Virus record (IMG/VR): IMGVR_UViG_3300011756_000031
Length of the DNA stretch: 64,000 bases
Reading direction: 5' to 3' (one strand)
From: an uncultured virus (IMG/VR IMGVR_UViG_3300011756_000031)
Taxonomy: Duplodnaviria; Heunggongvirae; Uroviricota; Caudoviricetes
In this document: positions 58,061 through 64,000 of the stretch, one piece after another
How the letters are laid out: each line of letters begins with the position of its first letter
Numbering within the stretch: the first letter of the stretch is position 1
Position numbers and translations under genes: made by a program
The notes under the pieces: generated by a model
The model's input: the letters and a program-made list of their open reading frames with translations, nothing else
Database searches by the model: none
What the model was told of the DNA's origin: nothing

Positions 58061-58193
58061 CGGCGACCTGAACGCGATGCTGGATGAAACGGAGGCCGCT
58101 TGGGCGGCGTGTGCTGACAAAGTGGACACGATAATTGCGTGCCAGGAGCGAGATAATGAACAAGCCGCAGTCTTTACGCCGCGCCCTGAATGA
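57909..58193 (+). CDS. lysC: LysC o-spanin
   Basis: Lipobox LSGC, CP.V..C, NGDL, W..CA..V..I..CQ. Confidence 0.85.
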   Translation: MRICAAGLTLLCLLMLSGCGSVRPSPEVQLTVIGCPRVTHCRLERSAPRSNGDLNAMLDETEAAWAACADKVDTIIACQERDNEQAAVFTPRPE

Positions 58194-58587
58194 GGCTGTG
58201 CCTTATGTCCGCAATAACCCGGACAAGCTGCACCTGTTCGTGGATAACGGCTCACTGGTGGCAACCGGTGCCAGCTCTATGTCATGGGAATACCGCTACA
58301 CCCTGAACGTAGTGATCGAGGATTTCAGCGGGAACCAGAATCTGCTGATGGCCCCGATTCTGCTGTGGCTCACTGCCAATCAGCCTGACGCTATCAATAA
58401 CCGTGAGTTGCGCGAAAAGCTGTTCACCTTTGATGTGGATATCCTGCGCAATGATGTGTGCGATATCAGTCTGAACCTGCAGTTGACGGAGCGAGTGCTG
58501 GTAAGCACTGACGGGGGCATGTCGAGCGTTGAGGCGGTGCCAGAACCGGACGTATCGGAAGAAATGTGGACGGTGAAGCATGGATGA
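58156..58587 (+). CDS. R: tail completion protein gpR
   Basis: KPQSLR.AL, NPDKL..FVD.G, LTERV.V. Confidence 0.92.
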   Translation: MNKPQSLRRALNEAVPYVRNNPDKLHLFVDNGSLVATGASSMSWEYRYTLNVVIEDFSGNQNLLMAPILLWLTANQPDAINNRELREKLFTFDVDILRNDVCDISLNLQLTERVLVSTDGGMSSVEAVPEPDVSEEMWTVKHG

Positions 58588-59032
58588 TCTGCAGAGGGTG
58601 GATGACTGGCTGGCGGCGTTGCTGGCAAATCTGGAGCCTGCCGCACGCAGCCGCATGATGCGTCAGCTGGCGCAGGAATTGCGCCGCAGTCAGCAGCAGA
58701 ATATCAGGCTGCAGCGAAACCCGGACGGGAGCGGCTATGAGCCGCGCCGGGTAACGGCCCGCAGCAAGAAGGGGCGCATCAAGCGCCAGATGTTTGCAAA
58801 ACTTCGCACCACAAAATACCTGAAAACCGCTGCCAGTGCGGATTCTGCCAGCGTGCAGTTTGCGGGGAAGGTGCAGCGGATTGCGCGGGTGCATCATTAC
58901 GGCTTAAGGGAGCGAATGAGAGGAGGCGGACATGTAGTTGCTTATGCCCGCCGAGAGTTACTTGGTTTCGATAGAGATATTCGAGCAAACCTGCTTGATT
59001 TTATTGTAAAAAATCTTGCTAAAGATGATTAG
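58580..59032 (+). CDS. S: tail completion protein gpS
   Basis: Q.NPDGS.Y.PR, MF.KLR, IARVHHYG, RELLG. Confidence 0.92.
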   Translation: MDDLQRVDDWLAALLANLEPAARSRMMRQLAQELRRSQQQNIRLQRNPDGSGYEPRRVTARSKKGRIKRQMFAKLRTTKYLKTAASADSASVQFAGKVQRIARVHHYGLRERMRGGGHVVAYARRELLGFDRDIRANLLDFIVKNLAKDD

Positions 59033-59850
59033 AATGCTTTGTTCAAATCTATATCATAGCCAGCAGATTTTAATTCTTTGGCTACTGTTAGCTGCCATGC
59101 GCTATCGCTAATGTACACAACACCGCTAATATCCCCAGGTAACTCTACATTTCCATCGACAATTGGCATAACTCGTTCCCGGCTAAGTAGACCGATAAGG
59201 AGACCATGTTCAAAAACAACGTTCTGCCTAGCCCTAGGGTTAAGGGTGCCTTTCTCGGCTTCAGTTGAGCTGTTACCCAAGTCATCCTCGGTGTAAAGCA
59301 CTAATGCGAAACCGACATCAGTATAATGCTCGAGTTTCTCTATTATCGTTTTGCCCTTACTCGCTTGCTCATGAAGGATTACTGGATCCAATCCTAGTTT
59401 AGAGACAAATCGAGCCGTTCTTTCCTTAACTGCCTCGCCATGTCCATGGACAATAAAAACGCGATTGTTTTGCGGGGTTGATGATGGAGTTTCTTCGCTA
59501 ATATTGTCTTCTTTAGTCTCTGGCGGTACATATTCACCGCCTTCAAGATCCATGATTAAAGAGTCAATGTAAGCTGCATATCTCCCACCATCGTTATTCA
59601 AAAACCAAGTACCTGCATCTTCCCACCGACTGATTGCTGAGAAAGAATAGCTAATCATTTTCTGATCGAAACGTGCTGATTCAGCAGGCAATGAATTATC
59701 AAGTATCTCTCTTGTTTTTCGCTTCAATGCCTCGAATCTGTTACGACCAAATTCTGTTCCTCTAGTTGAATATGCTATGACGACCTCTTCTAAGAGACGC
59801 CGCTTTAGTTGCACTAACTGATCAACAATTTCGTTCTCGGGTTGTGTCAT
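59029..59850 (-). CDS. TIR-like (CAP12/Pycsar-effector-type) domain protein at the P2 fun(Z) position
   Basis: VFIVHGH, L..VILHEQ...G.TIIEKLE, FA.VL.T.DD, RARQNVVFEHG, LP.DI.GV.Y. Confidence 0.88.
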   Translation of the reverse strand: MTQPENEIVDQLVQLKRRLLEEVVIAYSTRGTEFGRNRFEALKRKTREILDNSLPAESARFDQKMISYSFSAISRWEDAGTWFLNNDGGRYAAYIDSLIMDLEGGEYVPPETKEDNISEETPSSTPQNNRVFIVHGHGEAVKERTARFVSKLGLDPVILHEQASKGKTIIEKLEHYTDVGFALVLYTEDDLGNSSTEAEKGTLNPRARQNVVFEHGLLIGLLSRERVMPIVDGNVELPGDISGVVYISDSAWQLTVAKELKSAGYDIDLNKAF

Positions 59851-59898
59851 TTTTTTTCATCCGCGCAAAGCTGTGTGTAGATAATCATAAAGAGTAAT

Positions 59899-59916
59899 TG
59901 TATCTGCTGCCATACA
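59899..59916. promoter_or_regulatory. Ogr/B late-activator site upstream of V
   Basis: TGT-N12-ACA (TGTATCTGCTGCCATACA). Confidence 0.7.
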
Positions 59917-59962
59917 AAAGCTCTCGTTATCAAATGGTTGAATCTTTCACCATTATGTCTGA

Positions 59963-60541
59963 ATGAACGCACAACTCACAGAAATCATGCGCCTTATTAC
60001 CAACCTGATCCGCACCGGCACCGTGACCGAAGTGGACCGGGAAAACTGGCTGTGCCGGGTAAAGGTGGGCGAGCTTGAAACCAACTGGATTAACTGGCTG
60101 ACACTGCGTGCCGGCGGCGGTCGTACCTGGTGGTGTCCGTCACCGGATGAACAGGTGGTAGTGCTGAGCCTGGGCGGCAATCTGGAAACCGCCTTTGCGC
60201 TGCCCGCCATTTACTCCAATCAGTTTGCACCGCCGTCGGATTCCGTGGATGGCTGCGTGACGGAATACCCGGACGGAGGCTGGTTTGAGTACGAACCCGC
60301 CACCGGGCGCTGGCACGTCAAAGGTATCAAATCAATGGTGATAGAGGCGGCTGACAACATCACCCTGAAAACAGGTGAGTTTGTTGTGGAAGCAAGCAAC
60401 ACGCGCATAAACAGCGAGGTGGTGATCAATGGTGGCGTCACCCAGGGCGGCGGTGCCATGAGTTCTAACGGGATCGTGGTGGATAACCATGCCCATATCA
60501 AAGTTATGAAAGGCGGCGATACCTCGGGAGGCCCGGTATGA
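59963..60541 (+). CDS. V: baseplate spike gpV
   Basis: NLIRTG, W...RAG..RTWW.PS..EQV, C-terminal HAH. Confidence 0.94.
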   Translation: MNAQLTEIMRLITNLIRTGTVTEVDRENWLCRVKVGELETNWINWLTLRAGGGRTWWCPSPDEQVVVLSLGGNLETAFALPAIYSNQFAPPSDSVDGCVTEYPDGGWFEYEPATGRWHVKGIKSMVIEAADNITLKTGEFVVEASNTRINSEVVINGGVTQGGGAMSSNGIVVDNHAHIKVMKGGDTSGGPV

Positions 60542-60897
60542 CGCTGTATATCGGCATGAGTCAGGGTAACGGCAGGGCTATCACGGATACGGAACACCTG
60601 CGCCAGTCAGTACGGGATATTCTGCTGACCCCGCAAGGGAGCCGAATTGCGCGCCGGGAATATGGCTCCCTGCTGTCTGCCCTGATAGACCAGCCACAGA
60701 ACCCGGCGCTGCGTCTGCAGATCATGTCTGCGGTCTACGTAGCCCTGAGCCGATGGGAGCCACGGCTTACGCTGGATTCCATCACTATCAGCAGTAGCTT
60801 TGACGGCTCAATGGTGGTTGAGCTAACCGGGAAGCGTAATAACGGCGCGTCTGTATCCCTTTCAGTGCCAACAGGAGCAGATAATGGCAGTAATTGA
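60538..60897 (+). CDS. W: baseplate wedge gpW
   Basis: HLRQSVRDIL.TP.GSR..RREYGS, RWEPR. Confidence 0.94.
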   Translation: MTLYIGMSQGNGRAITDTEHLRQSVRDILLTPQGSRIARREYGSLLSALIDQPQNPALRLQIMSAVYVALSRWEPRLTLDSITISSSFDGSMVVELTGKRNNGASVSLSVPTGADNGSN

Positions 60898-61792
60898 CCT
60901 TTCCCAGCTCCCGGCCCCACAGATTATTGAGGTGCCGGACTTTGAGGCGCTGCTTGCTGAGCGCAAGGCAGCTTTTGTAGCCCTTCATCCGGTGGATGAA
61001 CAGGACGCGGTGCGGCGCACACTTGAGCTGGAATCTGAACCCGTCACCAAATTACTGCAGGAAAACACATACCGGGAAATCCTGCTGCGTCAGCGAATCA
61101 ATGAGGCTGCGCAGGCGGTCATGGTGGCTTATGCCATGGGTAGTGATCTCGATCAGCTGGCAGCCATTAATAACGTAAAACGACTTACGATCATTCCCGG
61201 AGACCCGACAGCGATTCCGCCGGTTCAGGCGGTGATGGAGTCTAATAATGATTTACGCCAGCGCATACCGGCGGCAATGGAAGGTTTGAGCGTTGCTGGC
61301 CCATCTGCTGCCTATGAATTTCACGCGCGGAGTGCTGATGGCCGTGTGGCTGATGCGTCAGCTATCAGCCCGACACCGGCAAATGTCACCGTTACCATAC
61401 TTTCCCGTGAAGGAGATGGAACGGCAGCAGCAGACCTGCTCGCTGTTGTGGCTGCCGCACTCAATGATGAAAGTGTTCGCCCGGTGGCTGACCGGGTAAC
61501 AGTGCAGTCTGCCTCCATCGTGAATTACACGATTAATGCCCAGCTCTATCTCTATCCGGGGCCGGAGGCGGAGCCTATTAAAGCGGCCGCTATTGAGCGG
61601 CTGCAATCCTACATTAAAGCCCAGGCACGGCTGGGACGTGATATCCGCAGATCTGCCATTTACGGTGCGCTCCATGTGGAAGGGGTCCAGCGTGTAGAGC
61701 TGACCGCCCCTGCAGTTGATGTGGTGCTGGATAAATCAAAAGCGGCTTACTGCACAGCAGCAACCGTAACCATCGGGGGAACGGATGAATAG
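60884..61792 (+). CDS. J: baseplate gpJ
   Basis: IDLSQLPAP, SVAGP..AY, VRPVADRVTV. Confidence 0.95.
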   Translation: MAVIDLSQLPAPQIIEVPDFEALLAERKAAFVALHPVDEQDAVRRTLELESEPVTKLLQENTYREILLRQRINEAAQAVMVAYAMGSDLDQLAAINNVKRLTIIPGDPTAIPPVQAVMESNNDLRQRIPAAMEGLSVAGPSAAYEFHARSADGRVADASAISPTPANVTVTILSREGDGTAAADLLAVVAAALNDESVRPVADRVTVQSASIVNYTINAQLYLYPGPEAEPIKAAAIERLQSYIKAQARLGRDIRRSAIYGALHVEGVQRVELTAPAVDVVLDKSKAAYCTAATVTIGGTDE

Positions 61793-62306
61793 TCTGCTTC
61801 CTCCGGGATCGTCTGTCCTTGAGCGCCGACTGGCGCAGGCCTGCAGCGATATCAGCAACCTTGATGTGCCGCTGCGTGACCTGTGGAACCCGTGGAAATG
61901 CCCGGTGAAGTTTCTGCCCTATCTGGCGTGGGCGTTTTCGGTTGACCGCTGGGATGAAGCCTGGGCAGAGAACGTCAAGCGCCAGGCTGTCAGTGACGCC
62001 TTTTTCATTCACCGCCGCAAAGGGACGCTTGCCGCTATCCGCAGTGCGGTTGGCCCGCTTGGGCGAATCATCGGTATTACGGAATGGTGGGAAAACAATG
62101 CCACGCCTGGCACGTTCGAACTGGACATAGGAGTGCCGGAAAGCGGCATGACGCCAAACATGAATATCGAAATGGACCGACTGATCAGTGATGCCAGGCC
62201 CGTCAGTCGTCACTGCTCAATCAATATTGTGCAGGAAGTGCCGGGTTATCTGTATACCGGCGGGGCCATCTATGACGGCGACATTATTACGGTTTATCCA
62301 GGGTAA
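61785..62306 (+). CDS. I: tail protein gpI
   Basis: SLLPPG, LPYLAWAFSVDRWD, H..KGT. Confidence 0.93.
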   Translation: MNSLLPPGSSVLERRLAQACSDISNLDVPLRDLWNPWKCPVKFLPYLAWAFSVDRWDEAWAENVKRQAVSDAFFIHRRKGTLAAIRSAVGPLGRIIGITEWWENNATPGTFELDIGVPESGMTPNMNIEMDRLISDARPVSRHCSINIVQEVPGYLYTGGAIYDGDIITVYPG

Positions 62307-62311
62307 CTATC

Positions 62312-64000
62312 ATGGCGAAATTTAAAACTATTATCACCACAGCAGGTGCCGCAAAAATCGCGGCGGTTCTGGCTGGCACCGCCAGCATTGTTCTGGACAA
62401 TACCGCAAAAATGGCCGTGGGTGATGGCGGCGGCACGCTGCCCACTCCGAACCCTGCCCAGACAAAACTGGTCAGGGAGGTTTACCGCGCGCCGATTAAC
62501 AGAGCGAGCATTGATGCCAGCGATACGAAAAATATTGTTGTTGAACTGGTGATTCCACCGGAAAAACCGGAAACGAGTGGATTCTGGATCCGTGAAATGG
62601 CGTTGTATGATGCCGCCGGAACACTTCTGGCCGTCGGCAGCATGGCAGAAACTTACAAGCCGTCATTAAGCGAAGGAGCCGGGCGAAAGATGGTGATTCG
62701 CATGGTGATTGCGGTCAGCGAGGTCAACGCGATCACCATCACCATGGACACGTCAACCGTGATGGCCACGCAGGATTATGTTGATAGTGAAATCGACAAG
62801 CATGCAAAATCCCGCAACCACCCGGACGCCACCTTGGCTGCAAAAGGGTTTACGCAGCTCAGCAGCTCGACAACCAGTACATCAGAAACGCTGGCCGCCA
62901 CCCCGAAAGCGGTAAAAACCGTCATGGATGAGGCCAAACTTAAAGCGCCACTTGCAAGCCCGGCGCTGACCGGCACGCCGACGGCACCGACGGCTGCTGC
63001 AGGTAACAATTCGCAGCAGCTCGCAAATACGCAGTTTGTTATGACAGCAATCGCTGCGCTGGTTAACTCCTCGCCTGGCGCACTGGATACGCTCAGCGAA
63101 CTGGCGGCGGCTCTCGGAAACGATCCGAACTTTGCAACTACCATGCTCAATGCCCTTGCAGCCAAAGCGCCGCTTGCCAGTCCTGCATTGACCGGAAAGC
63201 CGACAGCGCCCACGGCACCGCAGGCCTCAAATGATACGCAGCTGGCAACAACCGAATTTGTCACCCGCGCGCTGGCCCCGGCATTGTTGATGCGTGGCGG
63301 CATCCCGGCCAGCTCGAACCTTAACAACTTTGGGCCAAATTCCGACTATACAGGCGTGTGGAGTCAATCGAGCGTAAGCGCTACCGCTGCCGACATTGCG
63401 AATGGATATCCGGCAGCAGAGCGAGGAGTGCTGGAAGTTTTCGCAGGGGGACGCAACAACGGCACGCAGCGATATACAACTGACGGCGGTCGAATCTTCA
63501 TTCGCTGGCTTAACGCAGTATGGAATGCAGCAAGCCCCTCATGGTCTGACTGGACGGAGGTTGGAGGATTAAGCTCAAACACGGTACTGCCTGCGTCTGC
63601 CACCCTTTCAGATGCCGCATACTTTGCGCAAAACCAGACTTACGTATTATCCGGTTCACGGTCTGATTTACCTGCTGGTATAAACGGTAACGCTGTCATT
63701 ATGTCGATTCGCCGCCAGGGTGGAACGATCGCAGGGCTTAATCAGCTCCTGTTTACCACTGCCGGAACGTATGAACGCCATGGCGCACCTAACGCGACAA
63801 CCGGATGGACTTCAGTCAGTTGGTATCCAGGTGGCGATGCTAACGGCTGGCGGCTGATTGGCGCTGATGCAATGGCGGCAATTGGGATTGGCGTTGCCAG
63901 TCAAGGGTCTGCTGCAGTGTTTGACTGGCAGCAAGCTGACTTTGTTTCTGGTCAGATACAGTTAGCCAACGTTACTGGGTGGTTGAATGCGCCGCCTGAG
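62312..64000 (+). CDS. H: tail fibre gpH (truncated by window end)
   Basis: ATG 62312 MAKFKTIITTAG..., AVGDGGG, FWIRE, HPDAT...KGF.QLSS, repeated KAPLASPALTG.PTAPT; absent from the ORF track, consistent with no stop before the window end. Confidence 0.9.
   Translation, partial: MAKFKTIITTAGAAKIAAVLAGTASIVLDNTAKMAVGDGGGTLPTPNPAQTKLVREVYRAPINRASIDASDTKNIVVELVIPPEKPETSGFWIREMALYDAAGTLLAVGSMAETYKPSLSEGAGRKMVIRMVIAVSEVNAITITMDTSTVMATQDYVDSEIDKHAKSRNHPDATLAAKGFTQLSSSTTSTSETLAATPKAVKTVMDEAKLKAPLASPALTGTPTAPTAAAGNNSQQLANTQFVMTAIAALVNSSPGALDTLSELAAALGNDPNFATTMLNALAAKAPLASPALTGKPTAPTAPQASNDTQLATTEFVTRALAPALLMRGGIPASSNLNNFGPNSDYTGVWSQSSVSATAADIANGYPAAERGVLEVFAGGRNNGTQRYTTDGGRIFIRWLNAVWNAASPSWSDWTEVGGLSSNTVLPASATLSDAAYFAQNQTYVLSGSRSDLPAGINGNAVIMSIRRQGGTIAGLNQLLFTTAGTYERHGAPNATTGWTSVSWYPGGDANGWRLIGADAMAAIGIGVASQGSAAVFDWQQADFVSGQIQLANVTGWLNAPPE

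Larger units (their letters stand above)
38957..64000. mobile_element. P2-like (186/Fels-2-type) prophage, truncated by window end
   Basis: int-cI-apl-cII-fil-dhr-dam-A-tum-cos-Q-P-O-N-M-L-X-Y-K-lysBC-R-S-V-W-J-I-H order. Confidence 0.96.

Noticed and set aside
62940..63270. Direct repeats in tail fibre H
   Set aside because: Ordinary KAPLASPALTG.PTAPT fibre repeats; the short CCGGAAA duplication near 62557-62577 is in-frame and trivial

Overview
The window is almost entirely prophage DNA from an Enterobacterales host. It appears to hold two prophages in tandem at the tmRNA (ssrA) locus, separated by a 44-bp copy of the ssrA 3' end (38957-39000, minus strand). Left (about 1-38956): an apparently near-complete SfV/phiP27-like lambdoid prophage. 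It has int/xis, a yfdPQR-like early-left operon, cI/cro, replication, dam, rusA, Q, lysis, an HK97-type cos/head module and a Mu-like contractile tail; its left att is not visible. Right (about 39000-64000, truncated): a 186/Fels-2-type P2-like prophage running from int, cI, apl, cII, gpA and tum through cos and the head, lysis and baseplate genes into tail fibre H. The main interest is the AT-rich accessory cargo. This comprises a STAS-like/GHKL-kinase gene behind the first integrase, a 3-TM gene behind the second integrase, a small-protein plus membrane/Sm-like gene pair, and two different TIR-superfamily genes (SEFIR and CAP12/Pycsar-type) in P2 defence hotspots. It also includes a YfbU-like moron, a putative superinfection-exclusion moron and a LexA-controlled UmuD'-like pair. 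Other observations are a siphovirus-type side-fibre module inserted in the myovirus tail operon, a DicF-like sRNA, an ORF-poor cluster of structured-RNA candidates after the lysis genes, a tail-chaperone -1 frameshift and a G7 frameshift in gpA. All calls come from reading motifs and synteny; no database searches were run.
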